Shown in pieces: positions 7,862 to 17,082 of a DNA stretch of 64,000 bases (the first letter of the stretch is position 1; each line of letters starts with the position of its first letter). The position numbers were made by a program, and so were the translations under genes. The DNA lies in assembly GCA_965262915.1 (NCBI GenBank), contig OZ253564.1, positions 4,288,001 through 4,352,000 of the forward strand, read 5' to 3'. Under the pieces are notes generated by a model. The model saw only the letters and a list, made by a program, of their open reading frames with translations. It did not search any database and was not told the origin of the DNA. This DNA is from Candidatus Spongiisociaceae bacterium. Its GTDB lineage: Bacteria; Actinomycetota; Acidimicrobiia; Spongiisociales; Spongiisociaceae.

Positions 7862-10650
7862 GCGGAGCCGTCCCCGGCACGAGTGGCACGGCAACTCAGG
7901 GCTAGGACGAACAGCACCACGACCCATACACCCGCCGCCTGCGCCAGGCGACGGTGGGACTCCACCCCACCGAACACCGCCGTTCCCGAGCGGGCGGCGA
8001 GCCGGTTGGCCCACCCCTCTTCCTCCCATGTTCCGGGCCCCCAACGGGGATCGGCGTTCTCGCTGACGCGTACGGTGCTCCCGTAGGGCCGGCCGCGGTA
8101 GTCGGGAGCGACCCACGACCAGGGAACACCCAGACTGGTGACCGCCCGGTAGGCGTCGGCTTGGTTCTCCCAGGCACCTCCGGACTCGCTGACGAAGAGC
8201 CCGCTGAGAGGACGCAGGTCCAGCTGCGCCGACAGTGTCTCGTTGAGACGGGTCCGGTCCGTCAGGATCACCCACCTGATCCCGTAGGGGGCCAGCAGTT
8301 CTCCCGGACGCAACTCCTCGCGCGCCAGCAGCCCCTCCAAGGTCGCCTCTAGGGCCGCATCCCCTTCCAGCGGTTGGGGGAGCCAGGCCTGCGGGAAGTC
8401 CAGCACCCCGGCGACGAGCCGGTAGGCGGTGCCGTCGGGGAGCCGGCGGGACTCACCGGGCAGGGTATCGCCCGGCCCGGCCAGCAGGATACGGTCCGGG
8501 CCGTGGGCCTGGGCGCGGCTCTCCGCAAAGGCCAAGACGTCGAAGCGGTCATCGGGTAGGCCCAATCTGCCCGCCGGGAGGGCGACCAGAGTGGACAACC
8601 CCACCAGCACCGCCGCCCCCATCCCGACGCGGGCCAGAACACGACGGGGAAATCCGGCTTCCTCGAGCGTGGACGGGCCATCGAGGGCCCCCGCCACTAT
8701 CAGGGCCATGCCGAGGCCGGTGATCAACACTCCTGCCGTAGTCAGTTCCCGGCCGGCGCCCAGGTTCCCGGCGCGAGCCACCAGGAACCCGGCCGATCCG
8801 ATCATCAGACCGGTCGCCGCGACCGTCATGGGTCTGCCCCGACCGGAGAACACCGATGCGAGACCTGCGACCAGGGCGGGCACCCACGCCCACCACGCCG
8901 GTTCGAGATGGAAGGGAACGCCTCCTCCCACCAACCCGGCAGGATCCCGGGTGATCGCCCAGGGGAGGAGGACCGGCAGGGCCGAGATCGAGCCCACCAG
9001 AGCGGTCACCAGGCCCGTATGGACACGGGTCGCCAGCGCCCAGACGATCCCGAAGAACAGCGGTACCAGGATGAGCACCGGTACGAACATAGCCGACCAC
9101 GCAGTGGTCAGGCCGATCCGAGCCAGGCGGCCGATCCAACCCAGGATCCCCGCCGGAGCGGGCGAGACGATAGCGGCCAGGGCCCACGGGAGACCTCCCA
9201 TGGCCAGCATGCCGGGCCAGTATCCCTGGCCGGCCAGGAACACCATGGGGAAACCGGCCACGAAGACCGCGGCGGACGCCAGCCGGGCGCCGTGACCCAT
9301 CCCCGTTCTCCGTACCAGAACGACCGTACCAACCAGACCCGATGCCGCCGAACCCACCGTCAGCAGCGTGGCCGCCAATGCGGCGCGATTCCCCAAGAGG
9401 AGTTGAACCGCCGCCGTCGCCCCTACCGATGGGTGCATCGGCTCGGGGCTGCCCAACCCTCCCAGGTGCCATCCGCCCGCGTAGGCCCGGAGCGTGTTCC
9501 AGGCCGAATCCGCCAGGGGTAGGACGAAGCCGATGGCAGGCAATCCCTCCACCAGGATCGAGCGGGTGAGGGCGAGTACGAAGCCGACACCGAGCACCGC
9601 CGCGACCATCGCAGGTCGTTGCCAGGAAGCAGGCGAGGAATCGTGGATCCGATAATCCTCGTCACTGTCCGTATCGCTACCGAGGAGAGCGCCGAGTTCG
9701 GAGGCCACCGCCCGTAGCTCGACCGAACCCTTCACCTGGAAGCGGAACAACTCCGTGTCCACGGCCATCGAGATGGCCCGTGCCCTCCGGCGGGCCACCA
9801 TGGTGGAAGGTAGGTGCAAGGCGTTCCACAGCCATGTGCGGAGCCAATCCGCCGGGGCGTGGAACGAACCGCGGGCCGCACGGTACAGACCGGTCACCAA
9901 TCCGAGTACGAACAGACCGGGCACCGACCACAGCAGGGTCACCCCCGAATACGTCTTGAGCATCACTCTGAGACGGCCGGCCTGCTCACGCCAGGTGTAC
10001 ACGCGGTCCTCGCCGGAGGCCCGGGTAAAGACCTCCGAGGTGGGCGCGACCACCACCCGGCCTCCCACCACCCTGGCACGCTGGCACAGGTCGAGTCCGG
10101 ATGCGATGTACGGCAGTTTCCGGTCCAGACCGCCGAGCCCTTCGGCGAGGTCCCGCCGAACCAGCATGGAGGCCGGCTCGACGTAGGCTACGTCCCGGAT
10201 GACGTCGAACTGCTCCTGATCGAGTTCGCCGCGATCCAGACCGGTGTAGGGAAACCCGAAGACATCGGTGGCGCCCCCGACCGACAGCAGTTGCTCGGGG
10301 TTGCCCACGTCGAGAATCTTGGAACCCACCACCGAGGCTTCCACCTGATCGGCCGTCGCGACCAGAGCCGCCAGCGCGTCCGGTCGGGCGGTGGTGCGGG
10401 AATCCAGTATCCACAGATACTCGACCTCGGTCTCGGTCATCGCCAATGCCTGGGCCATCGTCTCGACCCTCCTCGGCGATGTGGCCTCTGCGGGCGGCCC
10501 CAGAGGTCGGTGGGTCACCACGACCACGTCGTCGGGCTCGTAGACTTGCGTCTCGATGCTTCTCAAGACGCCGGCTATGTCATCTCCTCCCCGGACGAGC
10601 ACCACCGCGAGCACGCGGGGACGCGGGAACGGAGGGGTGGGAATCGTCAT
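7858..10650 (-). CDS. Glycosyltransferase family 2 domain fused to multi-TM region
   Basis: YLWILD, VVGSKI, GELDQEQFD, DLCQRAR; usual actinobacterial partner of DUF5719. Confidence 0.8.
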   Translation of the reverse strand: MTIPTPPFPRPRVLAVVLVRGGDDIAGVLRSIETQVYEPDDVVVVTHRPLGPPAEATSPRRVETMAQALAMTETEVEYLWILDSRTTARPDALAALVATADQVEASVVGSKILDVGNPEQLLSVGGATDVFGFPYTGLDRGELDQEQFDVIRDVAYVEPASMLVRRDLAEGLGGLDRKLPYIASGLDLCQRARVVGGRVVVAPTSEVFTRASGEDRVYTWREQAGRLRVMLKTYSGVTLLWSVPGLFVLGLVTGLYRAARGSFHAPADWLRTWLWNALHLPSTMVARRRARAISMAVDTELFRFQVKGSVELRAVASELGALLGSDTDSDEDYRIHDSSPASWQRPAMVAAVLGVGFVLALTRSILVEGLPAIGFVLPLADSAWNTLRAYAGGWHLGGLGSPEPMHPSVGATAAVQLLLGNRAALAATLLTVGSAASGLVGTVVLVRRTGMGHGARLASAAVFVAGFPMVFLAGQGYWPGMLAMGGLPWALAAIVSPAPAGILGWIGRLARIGLTTAWSAMFVPVLILVPLFFGIVWALATRVHTGLVTALVGSISALPVLLPWAITRDPAGLVGGGVPFHLEPAWWAWVPALVAGLASVFSGRGRPMTVAATGLMIGSAGFLVARAGNLGAGRELTTAGVLITGLGMALIVAGALDGPSTLEEAGFPRRVLARVGMGAAVLVGLSTLVALPAGRLGLPDDRFDVLAFAESRAQAHGPDRILLAGPGDTLPGESRRLPDGTAYRLVAGVLDFPQAWLPQPLEGDAALEATLEGLLAREELRPGELLAPYGIRWVILTDRTRLNETLSAQLDLRPLSGLFVSESGGAWENQADAYRAVTSLGVPWSWVAPDYRGRPYGSTVRVSENADPRWGPGTWEEEGWANRLAARSGTAVFGGVESHRRLAQAAGVWVVVLFVLALSCRATRAGDGSA

Positions 10651-10737
10651 GGAGGTCCCATTCTGGATCGCCGGCGTGCTCAAGGCAATAAGAGGGCTAG
10701 CGGAGTCTCTACCCGGCCCCGGCGAGGTGCGGCCCGC

Positions 10738-11661
10738 ATGAACTCCCGAGTCGTTCTTCTCTCCGGAGGGGTCGGGGGCGCCCGCCTGGCGCGGGGCTTC
10801 GAACACCTACCGGATGTCGACACCACAGCGGTCGTCAACGTGGGAGACGACGACACCATCTACGGCCTCTCGGTTTCCCCGGACCTCGACACGGTGCTCT
10901 ACACGCTGGCCGGCGTGGAAGGCCCCCACGGCTGGGGACGGGCCGGAGACACCATGGTGCTGATGGATCACCTGTCCTCACTCGGGGTCGATACGCGCTT
11001 CCGGCTGGGCGACGCCGACGCCGCCCTCAACCTGTACCGGACCATGCGGCTGGCCGCCGGGGATCCGCTCCACGAAGTCACGGCCACCCTCGCCGAGACG
11101 ATGGGGGTCCGATCGAGGATCTTTCCCGCAACCAACGACGTTCTGCGAACCGAGATCGGCACCGGGAGCGGCGGGTGGATACCGTTCCAGGAGTACTTCG
11201 TCCTGCGCGGGCACCGGGACGAGGTTCTCGAGTTGCGCTTTGCAGGAGCGCAGGAAGCCACCGCCGCTCCCGGGGTGGTACAAGCCATCCGAGCAGCCGA
11301 CGTGGTGGTCATCACCCCCTCGAACCCCCCTCTCTCCATCTGGCCCATCCTGGCGATCGGAGAAATCGCCCAGGCGGTGGCTCGGGCCGACCGGGTCATG
11401 GCGGTGAGCCCGCTGTTCGGCGGCCGGGCTCTCAAGGGACCGGCCGACCGGGTGATGGCCTCGCTGGGCCTCCCGGCAGGAAACGCCGGCGTGGTGGCGG
11501 CCTACGAGGGGCTGGTGGACGACCTGTTCATCGACACCGGTGACGAGGAGGATCGCCGGGAACTCGCCGCGTCGGGTCTAACGGTCCATGTCGGCTCCAC
11601 CCGCATCGCCGAGCAGGAACAGGCGACGGCTTTCGCCGGCTGGATGATGGGCTTGTCGTGA
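10738..11661 (+). CDS. cofD: 2-phospho-L-lactate transferase (F420 biosynthesis)
   Basis: VLLSGGVGGARL, VNVGDD, SPDLDTVLYTL, FQEYFV, PSNPPLSI, ALKGPAD. Confidence 0.95.
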   Translation: MNSRVVLLSGGVGGARLARGFEHLPDVDTTAVVNVGDDDTIYGLSVSPDLDTVLYTLAGVEGPHGWGRAGDTMVLMDHLSSLGVDTRFRLGDADAALNLYRTMRLAAGDPLHEVTATLAETMGVRSRIFPATNDVLRTEIGTGSGGWIPFQEYFVLRGHRDEVLELRFAGAQEATAAPGVVQAIRAADVVVITPSNPPLSIWPILAIGEIAQAVARADRVMAVSPLFGGRALKGPADRVMASLGLPAGNAGVVAAYEGLVDDLFIDTGDEEDRRELAASGLTVHVGSTRIAEQEQATAFAGWMMGLS

Positions 11662-12359
11662 CCCTTTCGATAATCCCACTCGAGGGCATCCCCGAGGGCC
11701 GTCCGGGCGATGATGTGGTCGACCTTCTGCTGGACGGACTCAGGGAGTCCGATGTCAGCCTGGTGGGAGGCGACGTGGTGGTGGTGACCCACAAGCTGGT
11801 CTCCAAGGCCGAGGGGCGGGTGGTGGAGGTGGGCGAGGATCCCGAAGCGCACCGCGACCTGATCCTGCGGGAGGCTTCGGCGATCCTCCGCCGGCGCGAG
11901 ACGCTGGTGATCACCGAGACACACCATGGGTTCGTGTGCGCCAACGCCGGCGTCGACCGTTCCAACGTTGCTCCTGGCCAGGCCGTCCTACTTCCGATCG
12001 ACCCGGACCGCTCGGCGCGACGCATCCGCGCCCGCCTACAGCACGCGGCCGGGGTACCTCTCGGAGTGGTCATCACCGACACCTTCGGCCGGGCGTGGCG
12101 CCACGGGCTGACCGACGTCGCCATCGGCGTGGCCGGATTGCCGGCGATCGTCGACTACCGGGGAACTCCGGACACGTTCGGGAACATGCTGGAGGTCACC
12201 GAAGTCGCCATCGCCGACGAGATAGCCGCGGCCGCGGACCTGGTGATGGGCAAGGCCCGCCGGATCCCGGCGGTGATCGTACGGGGGCTGGAGCATCCCC
12301 CCGGAGACGGCCGCGCCACCGACCTGATCCGCAACCCGGCCGACGATCTGTTTCGTTAG
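11658..12359 (+). CDS. cofE: Coenzyme F420-0:L-glutamate ligase
   Basis: KLVSKAEG, CANAGVDRSN, DTFGRAWR, DEIAAAADLVMGK; GTGA overlap with cofD. Confidence 0.95.
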   Translation: MTLSIIPLEGIPEGRPGDDVVDLLLDGLRESDVSLVGGDVVVVTHKLVSKAEGRVVEVGEDPEAHRDLILREASAILRRRETLVITETHHGFVCANAGVDRSNVAPGQAVLLPIDPDRSARRIRARLQHAAGVPLGVVITDTFGRAWRHGLTDVAIGVAGLPAIVDYRGTPDTFGNMLEVTEVAIADEIAAAADLVMGKARRIPAVIVRGLEHPPGDGRATDLIRNPADDLFR

Positions 12360-12461
12360 TTAGTGGTCACTGATCGGTGGGCGGTTGCCGGTGGTCAATG
12401 GCCCGTAGTCGGTGGCCGACGCTCAGCGGTCCCTGATTGATGCGGTGCAAGCCGCGACCGG

Positions 12462-12917
12462 TCACAGTACGCAGAACTCATTGCCCTCGGGGTCGGTCAT
12501 CACCACCCACTTGGCTCCCCGCTCGTCGAAACGATCCACCTCGGTGGCACCCCTCAATACCAGGGCTTCGATCCAGGCTTCTCGGCTCCGGCCCTGCAGG
12601 TCCTGCGGCAACGACTGATCGACGATGTCGATGTCGAGATGCCAACGGTTCTTGAGGGTCTTGCGCTCCGGCACTTTCTGGAACAAGACCCGGGGACCCA
12701 CTCCGTTCGGGTCCACCACAGCGGCGTAGCGTTCCCTGTCCTCCGTGGATAGGTCGAGGGCATCCGCGAAGGACTCCCACGTGTCGAAGCCCTCGGGTGG
12801 AGGTTGCACCTTGTACCCGAGCGCGAACGCCCAGAACTCGGCCAACGCCCCTGGGTCCGCCGCGTCCACGGTCACGGCTCTGATCCGGCATGAAGGTGGG
12901 GGGCTCGTGTGCGTCAT
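12462..12917 (-). CDS. VOC / glyoxalase-like family protein
   Basis: LAEFWAFALGY, FQKVPERKTLKNRWHLD, MTDPEGNEFC. Confidence 0.9.
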   Translation of the reverse strand: MTHTSPPPSCRIRAVTVDAADPGALAEFWAFALGYKVQPPPEGFDTWESFADALDLSTEDRERYAAVVDPNGVGPRVLFQKVPERKTLKNRWHLDIDIVDQSLPQDLQGRSREAWIEALVLRGATEVDRFDERGAKWVVMTDPEGNEFCVL

Positions 12918-13024
12918 AACGTCGACGATATCAAGGATGCCGCTTTCCCGGACGGGAATGCAATGTCGATCGAATCAGCGCCTGCGCACGGTCCGTGCAT
13001 CGCGACAGCGAAACCGGCCACTGA

Positions 13025-13981
13025 TCACCGTTCGCCGAACCAGGCCACGGTGCGGCGGATACCGTCTTCGAAGGTGGTGAAGGGTTGCCAGCCCAGTTCC
13101 TCGCGCGCCAGGCTCCAGTCCAGCACCGAACGGGGAATATCGCCTGGACGCGGGGGACCATCTACCGGACTCCCTCCGAACCGAGCGTGACGGGCCACGG
13201 TCCGGAAAACCTGCTTGGTGGTGGTCCCGATACCGGTTCCGACGTTGTAGATCCCCCCGCCGCCCACCTCGGCGGCTCGCATCAGCGCATCCACGACGTC
13301 GTCGACATAGACGTAGTCCCGGGTGTCGGTTCCCGAACCGAAGATGGTGGGTCTCCTGCGGTCCAGGCACGCCCGGCTGAAGATGGCCACCACACCGGCC
13401 TCTCCGGTCGGGTCCTGCCGGGGACCGTAGATGTTGGAAGGGCGTATGACCGCGTAGTCGAGGCCGCGTTGCTGCTTCCAGAACTCGAGGTACTCCTCCA
13501 CGACCTTCTTCGATATCCCGTAGGGAGACTCGGGACGTGGCCTTGAGACCTCGCGAGCGGGCAGGGTGGTCTCCCGCCCGTACACAGCGACCGTCGAGGT
13601 GAAAACCAGGCGCGTCACGTCGGCAAGGCCGGCCGCTTCCAGCAGGTTCACCGTGCCCGTGATGTTGATATCCGCGTCGCGGCGCGGGTCGGCCACCGAG
13701 GCCGGCACCGAGGTCTGGGCCGCCAGGTGGAACACCAGATCGGGAGAGAAACGACCGACGGTATCCATCAACCCCTCCGATCGGATGTCGATCTTGTGGA
13801 CCGTCACGGCGCCCCGGCGGCGGGCGCCTACCAGACGGGATACCTTGCCCGACGAGAGATCGTCCAGGACCAGGATCTCCCAACCGTCGTCCACCAGCCG
13901 GTCGACCAGGTGGGAACCCACAAACCCCGCTCCCCCGGTCACCAGGACCCTCCCCGACCGGGCACTCCGGGGGAACGCCAT
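13025..13981 (-). CDS. NAD-dependent nucleotide-sugar epimerase/dehydratase (GalE-like)
   Basis: VLVTGGAGFVGSH, HLAAQ, SPYGISK (YxxxK), NIYGPRQ. Confidence 0.92.
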   Translation of the reverse strand: MAFPRSARSGRVLVTGGAGFVGSHLVDRLVDDGWEILVLDDLSSGKVSRLVGARRRGAVTVHKIDIRSEGLMDTVGRFSPDLVFHLAAQTSVPASVADPRRDADINITGTVNLLEAAGLADVTRLVFTSTVAVYGRETTLPAREVSRPRPESPYGISKKVVEEYLEFWKQQRGLDYAVIRPSNIYGPRQDPTGEAGVVAIFSRACLDRRRPTIFGSGTDTRDYVYVDDVVDALMRAAEVGGGGIYNVGTGIGTTTKQVFRTVARHARFGGSPVDGPPRPGDIPRSVLDWSLAREELGWQPFTTFEDGIRRTVAWFGER

Positions 13982-15312
13982 CAGCGGGCCGAACCCACAC
14001 CCGCGTAGGAAAGTCCGTGGGCTTCCACCGCGGCACGGTCGAGCAGGTTCCGGGCATCGACCACGGCCGATCCGCCCATGACCCGGGACACCTCGGCCAG
14101 GTCCACCTCGCGGAACTCCTTCCACTCCGTGGCGACCAGGAGCACTTCCGCCCCGGCGGCTGCCGACACCGGGTCGGGCGCCGCTTCTATCCCCGGTATG
14201 GACTCCCTTACCTTCGGGTCATAGGCACGTACGTCGGCGCCCGCCGACCGCAGCCGTCCGGCGAGGTCCACCGCCGGGGACTCGCGGATATCGTCGGTCT
14301 CGGCTTTGAACGAGAGACCCCACACGCCGACGCCCACGCCTTGGACCGACCCCCCGGCGGCCGCCACGACCTTGTCGACAATCCGTTGCCGCTGGCGGTT
14401 GTTCACATCCATGACGGCCCGCAGCAACGAGAAGTCGTAGCCGTTCTGCTCTGCCATCGCCATGAGTGCCCTGGTGTCCTTCGGCAGGCAGGATCCGCCG
14501 TACCCGGGTCCGGGTTGGAGGTAGTGGCCTCCGATACGGTGATCCCGCCCCATTCCGGCCAGTACCTCGGCGGCGTCGGCGCCAACCGCCTCGCACAGGT
14601 TGGCGATCGAGTTGGCGAAGCTGAGCCGGGCGGCGAGGTAGGAGTTGGCTGCGTACTTGATCATCTCCGCCGAGGCCGGATCGGTTACGACCCGCTCACC
14701 ACCCAACCCTCCGTACACGCCCGAATCCAGCAACTCCGCCACCTCCTGGCAGGTGGTACCGATGACGATACGGTCAGGTTGGAGGAAATCGTCGACAGCC
14801 TTGCCCTCCCGGAGGAACTCGGGATTTGATACGACCACGATCCCGCGATCGGAGACGGCCGGTATGCGAGCCAGCTTCCGGGACGTGCCGACCGGCACGG
14901 TCGACTTCACCACCAGCACCGCGCCGGGTGCGAGAGACCCGGCGAATCTCTCAACGGCTCGGTGGAGTATCGTCGTGTCCACCGATCCGTCGGCGGCAGA
15001 CGGCGTGGGAAGGGTCACGAAGACCACCCGGGCCCCCTCCACCACTTCCCTGTTCGATGCATGAAAGCTCAGCCGGCCCGTCGCCACTCCTTCGGCGACG
15101 AGGGCGTCGAGGCCGGGTTCGTAGATCGGCAACTCGCCCATCCGCAGAGCCCGGAGCCTGGCCGGATCCCGTTCACCGACCCGCACCCGATGTCCGAGAC
15201 GGACCAAGCCCCCTGCCTGGACCAAGCCCACGTAGCCGGCGCCGATCACGGCGATCCGCATGGGCGCGGCACCGCGAGCGGGCACCGTACCGTTCTCTCC
15301 GCCCATGGTCAT
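13981..15312 (-). CDS. ugd: UDP-glucose 6-dehydrogenase
   Basis: IGAGYVG, KSTVPVG, SNPEFLREG, GYGGSCLPKD, FKAETDDIRESP; start 15312 has AGGAG RBS (alternative 15261). Confidence 0.93.
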   Translation of the reverse strand: MTMGGENGTVPARGAAPMRIAVIGAGYVGLVQAGGLVRLGHRVRVGERDPARLRALRMGELPIYEPGLDALVAEGVATGRLSFHASNREVVEGARVVFVTLPTPSAADGSVDTTILHRAVERFAGSLAPGAVLVVKSTVPVGTSRKLARIPAVSDRGIVVVSNPEFLREGKAVDDFLQPDRIVIGTTCQEVAELLDSGVYGGLGGERVVTDPASAEMIKYAANSYLAARLSFANSIANLCEAVGADAAEVLAGMGRDHRIGGHYLQPGPGYGGSCLPKDTRALMAMAEQNGYDFSLLRAVMDVNNRQRQRIVDKVVAAAGGSVQGVGVGVWGLSFKAETDDIRESPAVDLAGRLRSAGADVRAYDPKVRESIPGIEAAPDPVSAAAGAEVLLVATEWKEFREVDLAEVSRVMGGSAVVDARNLLDRAAVEAHGLSYAGVGSAR

Positions 15313-15332
15313 ATCCATCTCCTGCAATACAC

Positions 15333-16727
15333 CTACCGTCCCAGCGCGTCGACCCCGACTATCACCACCGCATCGATCCCCTCGCTCACGGACCCCGGCT
15401 CCACCTGCCCGAACCCCAGGGCATCGACGATCCTCCGGCCCGATTCGAAGTCCCCGGGGCGGACCGTCACCACCGTTCCCTCAAAATCGAAGGAGGCGGC
15501 GTCGTCTACCTGGACCACCACGAACCCATGATCCTCGAGGCGATCGCTCCACAGGTTCGCCTGCCCGCTCCCACCGTTGCCGTTCAGCACCTTCAGCATC
15601 AGAGACTCGCCGGACGGTTGCTCGGCGGCCGACCCGGTAGCGCCGGCCCGGAATGATCTGAAGACCGCTTCGGCCGCCGGATGGTCGGCCACCAGGTAGT
15701 ACACACCGTCGTCCTGGCTCTCCCTCACGGGGAGAGCGACGATCTCCATATCCTCGTTCTCGAGGTCCCGCCCTGCCAGTATCAGATCGACCAACTGCTT
15801 CTCAGCCAGGCGCGAGTCGACGCGGACGTGCTGGCCGACGGCGCGTAACACACCCAACACGCGAAACACATCGAAGGCCGACAGCCGTTTGGTAGCCGAA
15901 AGCATGGCGAAGAGCAGGCTCTGCTGCCGACGTATCCGGCCCAGATCGTTCCCGTCGACCGTCACCCAGGTCCCCCCTCGGTACTCCTCGTACTGCCGGG
16001 ACCGCGCGTAGGCGAGGGCGGTCTTTCCATCCAGGTGTTGCCGGCCCGCCTCGACATCGAGGTGAGACTTCAGATCCCGCGCCCGGTAGGGGAAGGTGAT
16101 CTCGACTCCCCCCAGTTGGTCGACGATGCTCGCAAAGCCGAAGAAGTCCAGTTCGACGTAGTAGTCGATATCGATACCGGTCTCCTTCTCGACGGTATTG
16201 AAGAGAAGCGACGGGTTGGGACCGTCGACCGAATAGGCGGCATTGAGCTTCCTGGGTACTCCCTCGACATCGACCCTCAGGTCTCTGGGGAGGCTGAGGA
16301 TACGGATCCGGTCCCCGTCCAGAGCGGCGATCATGATCACGTCCGCCCGGTACCCCGGCTGGTCATCGGTCACACCGAGGTCGGCGGGAAGGTCCTGCCG
16401 AGAATCGCTTCCCATCACGAGAAACGTGATCCTCTCCGCGGGCTCGGCGACCGGAGTATCGCCGGTGAGCGTTTCGGTAGGTGGGGACTCGCCAGGTGGA
16501 CCCTCCCCGCTAGGGGGCTCCTCGGTAGGGGCTGCAGTGGGCGGCGGAACCTCCGGAGGGTCATCGATGTCCACCCGACCGACACTGCTAAGCGTCCACA
16601 GGAGGATTCCGAGCAGTACCACGACGTTCACCACGATCAGGGCAACGATGAGCCTCAGCCAGCGCCGCCGGGAGGTTGACCGTTCGGGCGCGCGTGCGGG
16701 CGGGTTGATCGGGTCTTCGGTGGTCAT
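15333..16727 (-). CDS. LCP (LytR-CpsA-Psr) family protein with C-terminal LytR_C domain
   Basis: TM helix, GSDSR, RADVIM, SLPRDL, ALAYARSR, DLGRIRRQQ, VLNGNG. Confidence 0.92.
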   Translation of the reverse strand: MTTEDPINPPARAPERSTSRRRWLRLIVALIVVNVVVLLGILLWTLSSVGRVDIDDPPEVPPPTAAPTEEPPSGEGPPGESPPTETLTGDTPVAEPAERITFLVMGSDSRQDLPADLGVTDDQPGYRADVIMIAALDGDRIRILSLPRDLRVDVEGVPRKLNAAYSVDGPNPSLLFNTVEKETGIDIDYYVELDFFGFASIVDQLGGVEITFPYRARDLKSHLDVEAGRQHLDGKTALAYARSRQYEEYRGGTWVTVDGNDLGRIRRQQSLLFAMLSATKRLSAFDVFRVLGVLRAVGQHVRVDSRLAEKQLVDLILAGRDLENEDMEIVALPVRESQDDGVYYLVADHPAAEAVFRSFRAGATGSAAEQPSGESLMLKVLNGNGGSGQANLWSDRLEDHGFVVVQVDDAASFDFEGTVVTVRPGDFESGRRIVDALGFGQVEPGSVSEGIDAVVIVGVDALGR

Positions 16728-16872
16728 GAGAAGATGGAAGCGATGTTACCCGCGAGGCGTAAGCCGACCGCGGAGCAACAGCGACCGCCTCGTAGCCGGG
16801 CGGCCCCGATGAGCCGGCCCCGCGGGGGATACGGCTGGTCGCGCACTGTCATAGAACCGTGGACACGCTCCC

Positions 16873-17061
16873 TCAGCCGCAGCAGGCGTCCATCGATCTC
16901 CCCGCCCACGGGTGCCCGCCATCGGGGATCGTCTCGGCGATCTCGGCGCGGCGACCGGAGCACTCCGGGCATACCCACACGGCTGGAACCCTGGCGCCCG
17001 CCACCACCAGCGAGTGGTACTGATGGCCGCAATCCGGGCAAACGATTCTCAGCACCGGCAT
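16873..17061 (-). CDS. Small zinc-ribbon protein (62 aa) with C-terminal CCG, last gene of the CoM-biosynthesis operon
   Basis: CPDC...CPEC, ends DACCG; GAGAGG RBS; 21 bp after the lyase stop. Confidence 0.7.
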   Translation of the reverse strand: MPVLRIVCPDCGHQYHSLVVAGARVPAVWVCPECSGRRAEIAETIPDGGHPWAGRSMDACCG

Positions 17062-17082
17062 GTTACATCCTCTCGATCCCAC

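Noticed and set aside
16840-16875. Selenocysteine readthrough at the CCG-TGA end of the zinc-ribbon gene
   Set aside because: No evident SECIS hairpin after the TGA; readthrough adds only a few residues; no sel genes in the window.
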